DNA of 64,000 bases, taken from NCBI GenBank assembly GCA_951406725.2, contig OX597826.1, positions 45,198,001 through 45,262,000 of the forward strand, written 5' to 3'. The notes beneath the pieces were generated by a model. It saw nothing but the letters and a program-made list of their open reading frames with translations, did not search any database and was not told the DNA's origin. Shown here piece by piece: positions 14,535 through 28,527 of the stretch. Numbering within the stretch: position 1 is the stretch's first letter; each line of letters begins with the position of its first letter. This DNA is from Octopus vulgaris. Its lineage: Eukaryota. Made by a program: the position numbers and the translations under genes.

Positions 14535-14668
14535 CTGCCGGAGCCTCGTGGAGCTTTATTAGGTGTTTTCGCTCAATAAACACACACAACGCCCGGTCTG
14601 GGAATCGAAACCGCGATCCTGCGACCGCGAGTCCGCTGCCCTAACCACTAGGCCATTGCGCCTCCACA
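14533..14668 (-). mobile_element. SINE family C, 5' part
   Basis: tggaggcgcaatggcctagtggttagggcagcggactcgcggtc...ggtttcgattcccagaccggg. Confidence 0.8.
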
Positions 14669-14706
14669 TATATATATATATATATATTGTCACATATTAG
14701 ATTTAC

Positions 14707-14773
<67 letters not shown>

Positions 14774-14867
14774 AGTAGTTGAATGAATTATCATGTTAAG
14801 GATAATTTGGTTAACCTATAGCTGGGTAGCAAATTCACATCAGAGAAGACACGTTTGAAGTTACGTG

Positions 14868-14904
<37 letters not shown>

Positions 14905-14978
14905 CAACAATTGAGGGTAAAATTAATTAATTAATCAATTTCAGTATGCGGCAAAGTAATTTATTTTACTAAGCCCTT

Positions 14979-15030
<52 letters not shown>

Positions 15031-15034
<4 letters not shown>

Positions 15035-15248
15035 GTAAATGTAATATGTGACAATTATTCGGCAGCCAAGATAAAACTCCGAGTTTCGGATGCCGAGGTG
15101 GAAATCCACGCCGCCATCTCTTCCGAAACTCGGAGTTTTAAAATGGCTACCGAATAATTGTCACATATTACATTTACAGATAAATTTCCTCTATTTACAT
15201 AATATCGAGGTATCTTTCTTTCTTTTGTTATCATACCGTTTTTATCAA
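15031..15248. mobile_element. Fold-back (inverted pLTR-like) insertion in (TA)n, with partial hammerhead
   Basis: Arms 15031-15090 and 15122-15181 are reverse complements; the right arm extends about 65 nt further. Minus strand reads (c)ggaaga-gatg...catc-cGAA-ACTCGGAGT-T. Related fragments at 14686-14710 and 54653-54746. Confidence 0.75.
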
Positions 15249-15249
15249 T

Positions 15250-15386
<137 letters not shown>

Positions 15387-16269
15387 TAGATATGTATGTA
15401 TGTAAGTATATATTCTATATACGAATGTTGCTTAGTCAGATGAAATCTTGCCAGCTTGTCTAGTCCAGTATTTATCCATATTCGTTAAACTCCATCTCAT
15501 CAAGTAATATTCTGATTGTTTCAATTCCCTTGTCCTGGATATCTCGGCTCATGAAAGTTTTAAGACTTGGAAAATGTCTTGGTTAATTTATTCCAATGGG
15601 ACCGAACTTGGCAAGAAAAAAAAATCAATTTGTGTTTATGCATATTTTTCTCATATTAATATTTGTTTTTTTTTTGGTTTCTTTTCGTTATTTTTTTATA
15701 CGTGTTTGTGCGCGTATGTATATATATGTATATACATATACATTCGACATTCAAATATATGCACAGACACACACACACACACACGTGTGGGGCGTGTGTG
15801 TATTTGTGTATGTATATCTATGTATCTGATGTGTGTTTGTGTACGTATACATGAATGTATATTCCCAGACAGCGACAGAAAAAGTGTGAATGAGATAATA
15901 TATGTGTGGGTGCCTTTTTCATTTTTCGTTATCAATTACACACACAAACACACACACACACATTCACACACACACACACACACTCACCCAGACACATATA
16001 TGTAAGCTTCGACATATATAGTGCAATAAAATTATGTAAAACCTCAACTATACGTATTAAAATTATATGTACACGTGCACATACATGCATGTACATATGT
16101 ATACATATATATATGTGTGTGTGTGAGCGCGTGTGTGTGTGTGTGTGTGTGTTAGTATAGACATATATACTGTAATAAAATTATGAAGAAACTTCACCTG
16201 TAAATAATATATATGTATGCATGGGTAAATACACACACGTATACACCCAACCACAACCACACTCAAACA

Positions 16270-16273
16270 CACA

Positions 16274-16334
<61 letters not shown>

Positions 16335-16539
16335 GTATATATATATATATGTATATATATATATACATATATATGTGTGTGTATATATATTTATATATAT
16401 ATATATATGTACCTATATATATTTATACATATATATATATGTATATATATATGTAAATATATATATATATAAGCATATGTGAATATGTGCATACACATAT
16501 ATGCATATGTGTACATATAGAAATATATATACACACATA

Positions 16540-16595
<56 letters not shown>
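16270..16595. repeat. Long interrupted (TA)n tract
   Basis: Directly visible. Confidence 0.95.
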
Positions 16596-16598
<3 letters not shown>

Positions 16599-17064
16599 CA
16601 TGTGATCTGCTGTTACCATTTTCAGATACTGTTTGCGATGTACATATATTTTCTATAGCATTGTTATTATTATAGTATTGATACGGTTTATAGTTTAGGC
16701 ACTTATCATCTCTCTTGGGGTCGTCATTCCATTCTGTTTTTTGTTCTGTATATTTTTTTCATTCATTCTCTTTGAGATAAAATAACAGAAGATAAATTCA
16801 TTGATTGTGTGTCGTCTCTTGCAGTTCATTTTATATTTTATTTTCTGTAAGTATTTTTTTATTTTAGTTAGTCAGTATTCTCGTGTTGATGGTGCAAGTA
16901 GACTAATTAATACTTAATAGTAAATGTGTTGCCTAACGCACTTGACGTATTATGTCTAGAAATTTAATTATTGAAAAGTATATCTTTTGGCAATATGGAA
17001 AAAACTTTATTGAAATTTCTGTGTGAGGTAAAATGAAGATAGATGATAAGATTTTTTTCTAGCC

Positions 17065-17500
17065 ATGCATCTTTCCCGCTCGGTACACCTGAGCGAGTCG
17101 TTGGGGTACAATCCTCAGGCACCTTCTCCATGCGGTTATATCATAAGCTACCCTCGTTACACTTACCGGCTGGATTCCCATGCGTGGCCATCTGAGACTT
17201 TTCTATATTATCGAACCGCCTCATTCTTAGTCTGCTCCTGCCGATTGGGTCGGCTTGAAGAATCCATTTTGCTATTCATTTACGTGACATTCTAATCTCA
17301 GATCCTTAGTACCGGAACTATGACCACTGTGTGCGTCTCAATCTGAAGAAATTTCTTAACCTCTGAGCTACGTACCAGGTCGTGTAACGTTACACCAGAG
17401 ATCATTAGCAAGAACCCTATTACGGCCGCTTTTTCTTTTTTTCGCAACTGTACTCTTTAGATCAGTACCCAATTTTCATGACCGTAATCATTTAATTGGC
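17065..17500 (-). pseudogene. Decayed RTE-clade (Expander/Rex3-like) LINE, RT C-terminal fragment
   Basis: Manual translation YGHENWVLI*RVQLR...AAVIGFLLMISGVTLHDLVRSSEVKKFLQIE resembles the RTE motif YGHExWVMTER..IQAAEMxFLRRVAGxxLRDRVRSS. Contains stops and frameshifts. Confidence 0.7.
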
Positions 17501-18744
17501 AATATATTAAAGAATCAACGCGACCATGAAAACTTCGACTTGATTAACCAAACGATTTATCAAGCAATCGAGTCATTAGATGATTAAATAATTAACTAAT
17601 TGGCAAATAAAAAATAAAGTGTAGACCAACCAGTGCGTGTGTCTGATATTGCTACAAGGATCCTCCCAAGGTGTAATAATATATTTCAACAGCATGACTT
17701 CCCTTCAAGGATCTTACAGACCAAATACTAAAATGTGAAATTTATTGGTTTCGCATTGATTAACTTTATTTGGCAAGTTAGTTAGCAAGTAATTTGCTCG
17801 CTAATTAAGTTCACATGCGGCCTACATCCTTGGAAAGTTTTCCTCAAGCATTCATTTGGTGCCGTACCTCATAATTCCTACTGGCTTCTCTTCTTTTTCT
17901 CTTGTGATACGAAACCTACAAATTTCCGCATCATGGTGTTATGATCCTGTCCTGTGTCAGCTCTAATCAATGGCTGAAAAATCATGAGCAACCCAATCAT
18001 GCCCAACCCCAAATTTTAGGAACATTGTGGACTACATAATCCAATTTCGCCATTGTTTGTTTAAGACAGTAGAAAATATTTTGATTGAGATTTGGTATCT
18101 CGCTGAGTGACCACATAAAAGCTCTCGTTTTCCATCATATTATTGTTGGTGTTGTTGTTCTTGCTGCTAAACTTCATTCAGTATATATATATATATATAT
18201 ATATAGTGACAGAGAGATGGAGAGAGTGGAAGATAGAAGTCAGGTAATTTATAGAGGGAGAGACAGAGAGGTATCTAGTGCTGCTGATAAATTTTTGTAG
18301 CTTCCTGTTATATATTGTGAAATGATTGAGTCTACTTGTAGATAATTACCATAAATGGTGCTCACTTCTCTAAATAGCGATTACACTGCATAATATTCAT
18401 GGCTATATTCTTTGCTGAGGTGAGTTCAATAATTAACATGGTGTGGTGTACCAAACGTTGGACTGGCGTTTCTTGCATGAACTTCTCGTAAGGTTTTCAA
18501 TAGTTATCTTTAAGAAGCAATGCTTTGTTGGAACTGCATTCATTTTAGAAAATATTATTAACCTCATTTTTTGGGACCTGTCTCATCAAGTCAACTCACC
18601 ACCAACCTTTCCGCATTATGTCAACACCCTATTGATTAAAACTGGCGTAAAAAAGAATTATAAAGCGTTACTGTTTTACATCAGTATACGCATACCGAGT
18701 GCCTTTGTTACATACCCCACCAAGCATATATATATATATATATA

Positions 18745-19210
18745 CATAAAATGGATGAATGAATTATCCTTTGTTTACAGTTAACACGGAAAGTTCAGTA
18801 AACGGTTACCAGGGTAGCAAAATTAACGCAAGTAACAAAGATGTAGCGATCTATTCAAAGGTAGAAACTCCGGGTTAATGTCCAGTAATTTGTATAGTAT
18901 AAATAAATATATGGAGTTGAACGCAGGTGTTATTCAAATTCTTTTACTTTCGACATATGTTTCGAAGACAACATCGGTTTTATTCCAAAGGAATAAACGG
19001 TGTTAAATAATGTAATATCATCAGGAAAGAAAGGGAACCCATGTTATGTCTTGTTGGTGAGATGGGTTCTCTTTCTTTCCTGATGAGAAGTTACATGATT
19101 TTACATCGTTTATTCCTTTGGAATAAAACCAATGTTGTCTTCGAAACATATGTCGATAGTAAAGGAGAATTTGAATAACACCTGTGTTCAACTCCACTTA
19201 TTTACTTATA
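18745..19210. mobile_element. Fold-back Penelope-type pLTR insertion with hammerhead motifs on both arms
   Basis: About 140-bp arms, 18901-19042 and 19062-19210, are inverted. The left side extends about 155 nt further. TA-rich flanks. Confidence 0.8.
19075..19159 (+). ncRNA. Minimal type I hammerhead ribozyme (C3-G8, GUC site)
   Basis: ctttc-CTGATGA-gaag...cttc-GAA-ACATATGT-C-gatag. The mirror copy at 18947-19029 on the minus strand has a perfect stem I (gaaag) but a damaged stem II. Confidence 0.8.
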
Positions 19211-20157
19211 TATATGCATATATATATACACACTTGCATTGAACTTGTGGTCGGATCGTATCCGAGTTTTCGAGACGTTTTTAAGCTATTGAGAATACAA
19301 AACATCCTCCACTACGGGACGCCACCCCCTCGCAGAGATAAATCGCCAATTATCGCTGGTACTCATTTTCGGCAGTGTAGATTGAAATAGCGAAAAAGAA
19401 AGTAACTTGGTCAAGGATACAGCATAAATACTCAGTTTGAGCATCGAAACCGGGACTTAACAAACCTGAATACAACACCTTTATCCATTCCAAATAAATA
19501 CACCCCTCAATTAACGTGCTAATAATGATTACTTGTCAATGAAAATTCTGTTCAATATGCTTCATTATCTAGGTGTTTTCTCTGCGAAATTTCTTCACAG
19601 CGCTCTCTTATTTCCATTTTTACATTCATTGGAGTGAATTGAATAAGCCCCTCCTCTCAAAAGGTAAAATGTATTATACCATTGAATAATCTCCCTGTTT
19701 TCATCATAGCAGTATAAATCATATTCCTTTCGATCATATATAGGGTAAAAGCTGCTAAAGAAACGATTGCCGTCTCAGATGCGCTGGAAAGATATCTTTC
19801 AAGTGGATGATCATTTTACTCTAATTTGAATGAAGTTTCTAACTTTGAAACGGTCCATCAGTCGATTAAAGTAATCTGCCGATTAATATCTGCAGTTATT
19901 ATCCCTGAACATTGAAGTTATTCAAAGAAATATACGATTATAAGAAAGAAGGTGGTGCTTTTTAAGTATTGTATAACAGTAGCCATCCTGTAATATTAGC
20001 ATGATCCTGGGAATATATCTGCTGACTGCTGGCTACTATGATGATTGATAGATCTCTTGTTAATGTTCTTGTCATTGAACTCTGGCACACTTCTGTGCAG
20101 ATCAATACTAATTAATCATCACCTCCAGGTTTAGATCGATATAAATGTAATCATTAT

Positions 20158-20194
<37 letters not shown>

Positions 20195-20461
20195 TTTGGT
20201 TTTCTTACGTAATCATCGTCCACATTATGTATTGCATACCACAAGAGAAATCAATGAACCTCAGTCAGCACTCTGTGAAAAATATATCTCCATACCTCGG
20301 TTAACGAATTCTAATTTAGCAGACAGGTACACAATTTTTCATCAAATCAGCAAATTTTCTATCTATGTCTCTTCAACTTTCCAGGTTGTTTAATATCATA
20401 TTCAGTCTTACACTCATTTTGTGTAATGTGTGTGTTCGTATTTCTGTGTGTCTATATATTT

Positions 20462-20526
<65 letters not shown>

Positions 20527-21068
20527 TTTGTGTGTGCGTAGAAGAGGTGTCAGCGGAAAATTGGCAGAATCGAGAGAGCATCAGATAGATTACATTGCGG
20601 TAATCGTCCTGGTTCTCTACGTTGTGAGTTCGATCCCACCGACATCAACGCTGTCTTTTCAAGGTTGATAAATAAAATCCTATCTCTGTACTTACGTCAA
20701 TTATTCTCTCTCTCTCTCTATCTCTCCCTGTCTTTCCCTGTCTCTCCATCGCTCTCTCTTACTTTCTCTTTCTCTCTCACAGTCTCACTCTCTCTGTCAG
20801 TCACTCATTCTTTCTGCTTCTCTCTATACCTCTTTGTAGAAGATATCGGCTGTGCTCAGATCTGGAGTGGGTTGAGCTCCGCGAATTCTAAAGTCGTCCA
20901 AAGCACAACATATGTCCCGATGTCACCACCAAGAGATGTGGATCCAAGATAAAGCATACACATATTTATATGCATATATGTGTGTGTGGATGTGTACATA
21001 CCTGTGTGTGCTTCTGTGTATGTATGTATGTCTGTGTGTACGGGTGTGTGCGAGAGAGAGAAAGAGAG

Positions 21069-21103
<35 letters not shown>

Positions 21104-21236
21104 ATTCCTCGCCATATCGCAGTTCACCTATTGTGGGTTATTACTTAAGATTACGTCGATTCTTCTGTGGTGTTGTTTTGCATTTATGATAAAATAAATA
21201 TATACAAAATATAAAAATAACAAAAAAATACAGTAC

Positions 21237-21316
21237 AGTACTGTTTCTACTTCGTGGATTTTCACCTATCGCGGGGTTTTGGGAACGTAACACCTGCGAT
21301 AGTCGCGGGATCACTG
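21237..21316. mobile_element. Small Tigger/pogo-like MITE remnant
   Basis: Starts ta-cagta and ends gcgggatcactg, with an internal tatcgcggg...cctgcgata inverted pair. Confidence 0.35.
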
Positions 21317-21327
21317 CTTTATATATA

Positions 21328-21620
21328 TACGGAGATGTACTTGCATAGCAAGTGACCTGATCTGAGACCGTATGTTGGAACGAAAACAATTGCAGCGTGG
21401 AAGGTGTTTATAAACCATTTAAGAAACGCACAAAAACCGTTAGATTCACTTCAACATTTATATTTAATTTGCCATGCAGCACGGAATTTTGTCAGTGAAC
21501 AGGTCGCGGTCTCAAACCGACGAAAATATTTTGGCAAATTAAATTTAAACGTTGAAATAAATCTAACGGCTTTTGTGTGTTTCTTAAATGGCTTATAAAC
21601 ACCTTCCACGCTGCAATTGT

Positions 21621-21621
<1 letters not shown>
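21328..21621. mobile_element. Fold-back insertion in (TA)n, G3-C8 hammerhead family, copy 1
   Basis: Arms 21385-21474 and 21532-21621 are inverted, with an unpaired left extension of about 57 nt. Same termini as 56661-57096. Confidence 0.85.
21488..21538 (+). ncRNA. Minimal hammerhead ribozyme, G3-C8 core variant
   Basis: tttgtca-GTGAACA-g-gtcg...cgac-GAA-AATATT-T-tggcaaa. Confidence 0.7.
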
Positions 21622-21651
<30 letters not shown>

Positions 21652-22007
21652 CAACAGAAGAAGAGAGAAGAGGGAGAGTTTACGGCGTGTTATCTTTCGA
21701 CCTTTCAGGATCAATAAGCACTAGAGTTAATGCAATCGATTCCCTACCACAAATAAATCAATAAAAAAGAAGATCCAGTTTATATGTTTATAATAGAAAG
21801 TATTCTTTTCTGAGTTATTGAATGGTAGTCTTCATCTATCGCGTGGTTGCATACAAACACCCGGTAACAGGATGTCACTGTGCTGTAAGCATTCAGGAAA
21901 GATGACATTCATTTACATTCTGGCGGGAAGATAACTCATTCAAATTATCTCGGTAGTTCTGCTCTTCGTTTCCTGATCGGATATATATATAGCAGGTGAG
22001 GTGTCCA

Positions 22008-22051
22008 GTACTGAAGAGAGGCAGAAATAGCCCGAAACCATATTGGTATGC
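22008..22051 (+). ncRNA. Type I hammerhead ribozyme with canonical core (GUA site)
   Basis: gta-CTGAAGA-gaggc(agaaata)gccc-GAA-ACCA(tat)TGGT-A-tgc: 4-bp stem III and short stem I. Confidence 0.6.
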
Positions 22052-22162
22052 AGTTCTGCTGCTAGAAGTTGGTAGGGGTTTGCTCCCCTGCTCGCAATAT
22101 ATCGGATGCAGGTATGCATCGTTACCAGCTAGAGAAGATGTCCTCTTGGGGTTAAATCTCAT

Positions 22163-22516
22163 AGGCACAGGAGTGGCTGTGTGTGAAGAAGCTTGCTTCC
22201 CAACCACATGGTTCCAGGTTCAGTCCTACGGTGTGGCATCTTGGGCGAGTATCTTCTACTATAACCTCGGGCCGAACAAGGCCATGTGAGTAGATCTGGT
22301 AGACGGAAACTGAAAGAAGCCCGTCATATATGTATGTGCGTGTCTTTGTTAGTCTCCCCACCATCTCTTGACAACCGATGTTGGTGTGTTTACGTTCCTG
22401 TAACCTACAGCCTCGGCAAAAGAGACCGACAGAAAAAGTCCTGGGGTCGATTTGTTAAACTAAAGGCGGTGCTCCAGCATGGCTGCAATCAAAATGACTG
22501 AAACAAATGAAAGAAT
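22163..22516 (+). mobile_element. SINE family A
   Basis: ggcacaggagtggctgtgtg ... tgactgaaacaaatgaaaga. Confidence 0.88.
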
Positions 22517-23003
22517 ATCTGTTCACCAAATTCCACTCATCAGACAAGTTAACCAAAGGTTAAAGCAAAAGGCATTTCCTCAATGGAACCTCACGCGGTA
22601 GGATCGAACCTAGTGCCATTTGGATTCGAAGCGAATTTCTTATCCCTGTGGCTGCGCTCACTCGTTTGGTTTTAGCTTGAAACAAATTTTCTTACATGTA
22701 TTAGTTATCGAAAATTAAAGAAACTGTCGTTGCCGCCTGCATTGGAGTCTATCTACAGGCTTCGCAATCTTTTCATCGACATTTCACCAACTGTTTCCTT
22801 TTATTCTCTGAATACAACGTAAAGAAATACTGGAATAAACATCACTAATGATTATCTATACGGTTTCGTTTAATTACATTGTGTTCATATTAGTTAGCAA
22901 CACTGAAAAAATACAAAGACAGAGCTATTTTTTTATATACTTTTCGACGGTCGTTATTTACATGAGGCTACCTTGGATCACTTAATGCTTTATCTAATCA
23001 CCG

Positions 23004-23650
23004 GGGTGAGCTGGAAGAATCGTTAGCACGCCGAGCAAAATGCTTAGTGGCATTTCGTCTGTCTTTACGTTTTAAGTTCAAATCCCACCGAGGTCGACTT
23101 TACATTTCATCTTTTTGGAGTCTATAAAATTAGAACCAGTTGAACGCTGGGGGCCGATCTCATCGATTTGCCTCCTGTCTTGAAATTACTGACCTTGTGA
23201 CGAAGTTTGAAAACAATATTTTACATAATCAAAGCAGCGAACAGGTAGAATCGTTAGCATGCTTAGCAGTATTTCGTTTGTTCTTACGTTCTGAGTTCAA
23301 ATCCCGCAGAGGTCGACTTAGCCTTTTATCCTTTTGGGGTCAATAAGATAAGTACCAGTTGGGGTCGATGTAATCGGCTTACCCCTTTCCCCTCAAAATT
23401 GCTTGGCCTCGTGCCAAAATTTGAAGCCAATATCTTCACATGTTAAGGTGGCGAGCAGGCAGACTCGTTACTCGTCGTGCGAAATGCTTAGCAGCATTTT
23501 ATCCGTTCTTACGTTCTGAGTTCAAATTCTGCAGAGGTCGATTTGGGCCTTCATCATTCGAGGTTGATAAAATAAGTACCAATCGAGCACTGGGATAGAT
23601 GTCATCAACTGAACCCTACTCTCAAAATTGTTGGCCTTGTACCAAAGTTT
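23004..23650 (+). repeat. Three tandem SINE family B copies
   Basis: Heads at about 23004, 23233 and 23447. Confidence 0.8.
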
Positions 23651-25169
23651 GACATGAATATATAACTTAATCAGCTCATGATATTTTTGTCATAATATTA
23701 TTTATGTGGCTCACTAAATAAATTTTAACTGAAATTATATCTTGAAATCTTTGAACCGTTACATCTTACTGGAGTAAAGGGTAATCCCTAACTCTATCAC
23801 AGATTGCTCCCTAACATATTTTCCAGTTATGTCCTAGCTCCTTCATTATCTATTAATTTCAGGTTTTCAACACATTTTCATGTCCTCAAGGTTCATATTT
23901 TAATGACTGACCTGTTGGATTATTCATAACTTTGTTTTTCTGAGTCTATATCGAAGCTAACTCTATTTTCTCTGATCACAAAATGTTTCCTCGGCCTGTT
24001 GCCTCTCATCTTCATTTCCACTGGTGTTTCGTGGTGCAACGCTTTTAATGCCTGTCCTATTTATTCTATAAAGAAAACTAATGATTTCACGTTTGTATCG
24101 GAATATTTTATTTGCAGCTGTTAGATTTCATTTAATCAACAATTCCATGCACTCCATCATTGATTTTTATCACAAGCATACTACCATTTACGAATTCGTA
24201 GAAACAAACCATTATGTGACTAACCATGTAAATATATGTATATATAGTTTAAAACTATATTCAATCACTTTGTGGCAAGAGCCGGCCGGCAAGCGAGCCC
24301 AATTCAATTCGTATTAGAAGCCATTTTCAGTAGCAAAAGCCATTTTCACCTCTCTTGTGTCGCTAATGCTTCTAAAAACGACATTAGTATCATAGCTTCT
24401 TCCAATACCTAAAATAATGAGGCCTTAACAACTAGTTTATTGGAAACCAATATTTAATCAATTCGCTATTTTGTGAGCAATATGTCAATAACTAATACAA
24501 CGCATTAAGTAAAAGGATGCTTAATGATGAGATGTTTTACCGTATTTCTTTGTTGTTTTGAATTTTTTGTTTTGTTTTTCCTTATTTCTCTCTGGGACGA
24601 CATTCTTTATCAAGACAACTCGATGCAACTAGTGTATAGAAAAGGTTGCATTACGTGACCACATTACCTTAATTGAACCTTCAGTATTAATATAGGAATC
24701 AGTTTTGATAGTTTGACCACTTCGAGATCGATTTTCATTCAGAATTGCATATTTTTCATCGACATCAATTATTCCAATGCCATTTTATGGTGTCATTATA
24801 CATAACACGTGTGAATATATATGTATGTATGTATGTATGTATATATGTATGCATGTATGTACGTACGTATGTATGTATGTATGTATGTATGTATGTATAT
24901 ATGTATGTATGTATGTATGTATCTATCTATCCATCTCTCTCTCTCTCTCTCTCTCTCCATATATATATATATATATATACATAGAGAGAGAGAGAGAGAG
25001 AGATAGAGAGAGAGATTAGTTACAGGATTCATTAGAATGTAGGCGCAGCAACACGTAGGGCGCCAAAACTGGCTGGATGCCATAACAATCAGCTTTACTG
25101 TGAGGTGAAAATAACCATTAGGTGTCAGCTATTAGTGGTGTAATATGGGTATGTATGTATTATGTATGC

Positions 25170-25234
<65 letters not shown>

Positions 25235-25455
25235 AATTTAAAATAAGGGTGAAAAATTGAATATTAATTTGATTAACATCAATTTAAAACCATTGGTCTA
25301 GCATATTAAAATCTGAAGATACAGAAAAATTATATTACATACATATAAGGGGGATGACCACTACGTGAACATCCATTATGCTAGAAGTAGATCCGCTACT
25401 TCTAGCATAATGGATCTCCACGTAGTGGTCGTCCCTCTTATATGTATGTTATATA
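25235..25455. repeat. Fold-back insertion between microsatellites (about 60-bp arms, 5-nt loop)
   Basis: 25331-25390 and 25396-25455 are inverted, with an unpaired left extension from about 25235. No complete hammerhead core found. Confidence 0.75.
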
Positions 25456-25564
25456 TATATATATAGGTACCACATCCAATATGAACCGTAGATCCGACTC
25501 TGTGTTGGTTCTAGGTGATGCATAAGCATAAAAAGAAAATCCCAAACAAGGTCTAAAATATACT

Positions 25565-25877
25565 GCGGCATTAAAGTAGGGTATTCTGCTCTCGTTGTAA
25601 GGTTATGAGTTCGATTCCCGACGGCGCGTTATGTCCCTGAACAAGACACTTTATTTCACGTTGCTCCAGTCTACTCAGCTGGCAAAAATTCGTTGTACCT
25701 GTATTTTCAAAGGGCCAGCCATGTCACATGGTGTATCATGCTGAATCTCCCTCTTCCAAACAACGTTAAGGGTGCGCATGTCTGTGGAATGCTCCGCCAC
25801 TTGCACGTTAATTTCATGAGCAGTCTATTCTGTTGATCGGATCAACTAGAACCTTTGTAGTGGTAACCGACAGAGTT
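25565..25877 (+). mobile_element. SINE family D (tRNA head; tgtccttgagcaagacacttta block)
   Basis: Homologous over about 300 bp to 51941-52260. Confidence 0.82.
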
Positions 25878-26663
25878 TCAATTTGTATAGGTAGAATTTT
25901 ATTTATGCACTCGTAGATTACATCACTGTGTAAATCCACCATTCTCAGGCCAAATTAAAAACGTAGAAGTATTAAACAACCGGCATGTTTCAACGCCTAT
26001 ACATGTTTAAAATTTACCTAAGGATGGTAAGATTTTAAACATGTATAATGTAATCTGGGACTGCATGGATAAAATTCTAGTGAAAGAGTTGCAGTTAATT
26101 TGAAACCTCATTTTTGTTATTCTTCATATATTAAAATTTCAAAATCCTGTGAAGGCATACCCTTTGATAAAACCACCAAACTTAGGAGAAAAAATGATGA
26201 AGATGAAGAACTTACATCCCTCCAACGATGGGGAAAAATACCACCTGGTTCGCCAATTACGAAACGGATTTTATGCTTATAAACAATTATGATTTCTGAT
26301 GAACTTATAAACAATTATGAACTTATTTTACTGCCTATTTTGAACACTTTTATGTAAACTGTTTAAACACAAAGTTTCTCTTAACATTTTCTTATCATTA
26401 TCAAAGATTCTATTTCTTAAAATTTTCTTATCATTGTCAAAGACTTTATCACTACATTTTAATACATCAATGCCAACTAAACGTTAACACCACAAAAGCT
26501 GCTCAAAGCCTTGCACATTAATTTTGAAAATCTTTTTTTAATAAAAAAAAAAGGGAAATCGGTCAAGTCAATAGACATCTTTAAAAGACCTCTGCATTTT
26601 AAAATCCTCTTCCTTATATATTTTCACTCGTCCAGTATTTCCAATTTTACTTTGTTATATATA

Positions 26664-27061
26664 TACTCTTTTACTTGTTTCAGTCATTTGATTGCGGCCA
26701 TGCTGGAGCACTGCTTTTTAGTCGAGCAAATCGAACCCGGGACTTATTCTTTGTAAGCCCAGTACTTATTCTATCGGTCTCTTTTGCCGAACCGCTAAGT
26801 GACGGGGACGTAAACACACCAGCATCGATTGTCAAGCAGTGCTAGGGGGACAAACACAGACACACAAACACATACACATATATATATATACATATATACG
26901 ACAGGCTTCTTTCAGTTTCCGTCTACCAAATCCACTCACAAGGCATTGGTCGGCCCGGGGCTATAGCAGAAGACACTTGCCCAAGATGCCACGCAGTGGG
27001 ACTGAACCCGGAACCATGTGGTTGGTTAGCAAGCTACTTACCACACAGCCACTCCTGCGCC
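26664..27061 (-). mobile_element. SINE family A, young full-length copy
   Basis: Nearly identical to 44856-45266. Confidence 0.92.
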
Positions 27062-27597
27062 TATATATGAGGTTATGTATTGAAATGTTTGAACTGAGAA
27101 TTGTCTTCCATATAGAATATATTTCCTATTATGTATTACTCAAGATCTGCATTGAAAGCATTAGACGCTTCCACGTTGTTATTATTTGGTTTGATTTCAC
27201 TATTATAATTTATATACATATATGTGTGTTTGTATATGTACATGTGTGTATATGTGTTTGTATGCGTGCGTGTGTTTGTGTATGCATATATGTGTGTGTG
27301 TGTTCGTGTATACGTATGCATATACAAAAATTTCTGTTTTGACATTAATACACAAACAAAAACAAAAAAAAACCAACAAAAACAATCTAACTGGATCTTC
27401 GCTCATAATGAAACAATTGCTTTACTTACGTAACGATACGGAGTCAGTATGATACTTGTAATATACTTGAAACAGAGAACTAAAACAATAATAATCAGTC
27501 TTTCACGCTTCTCTGTAAGCATAATGGCGATTATTTCCACATGTTACACATGTAGCTAGTCATAACGACTGTAAATGCACATACCAACCAACCAACC

Positions 27598-27681
27598 AAT
27601 AATAATAATAATAATAATAATAATATAATAATGATAATAATGATAATAATAATAATAATAATAATGATAATAATGATGATG

Positions 27682-27745
<64 letters not shown>

Positions 27746-27759
27746 TGATGATGATGATA
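27598..27759. repeat. (AAT)n/(GAT)n microsatellite
   Basis: Directly visible. Confidence 0.95.
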
Positions 27760-27954
27760 AAACCCATATAATTAGATGACGTTTACATGCATAACGAGAG
27801 AAGTATTGCATTTCAAGAATGTATATATTTAACCCACATCTTCACACATACATTTGCAGTAAATATTAAAATTCAAACAAATGTCTAGGCGCACAGCCAT
27901 ATCGGAATGTGCCGAGAAATACATATTTTTGCACATGGATTTGTCTTATAAGAG

Positions 27955-28023
<69 letters not shown>

Positions 28024-28322
28024 GTGAGAGAATTCACTAACATATGTTATATATTAGAATTTCTCTCAAATATTCTGCAGTTCTGTTGCATTCATTATTT
28101 ATCGTCTGAGAAGGAGGAGGCTGGCTAGGAGGATAGAAAGAGGATAGCCACGGCCATTAATTGTGTCTGCTTCACCAGACTAATAAGTTCTATGACGTTC
28201 ACGTTGAGTTGAACGTCTTTTGTTGATATCTCTAAATAAAACGTGGACAACGTAGCAGATCTTGAAAATTTAAAATCTAATATCGCACAGATATGTGACA
28301 TGTTTATTGTATTTGTGGCATA

Positions 28323-28487
28323 GGCGCAGGAGTGGCTGTGTGATAAGTAGCTTGTTTACCAACCGCATGGTTCCGGGTTCAGTCCCTCTGCGTGGCACCT
28401 TAGGCAAGTGTCTTCTACTATAGCCTTGGGCCGACCAAAGCCTTGTGAGTGGATTTCGTAGACGGAAATTGAAAGAAGCCCGTCGTA

Positions 28488-28527
<40 letters not shown>

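Noticed and set aside
14590-14668. tRNA-like sequence (also 2385-2460 and 52190-52260)
   Set aside because: These are SINE heads continuing into SINE bodies, without a proper acceptor stem.
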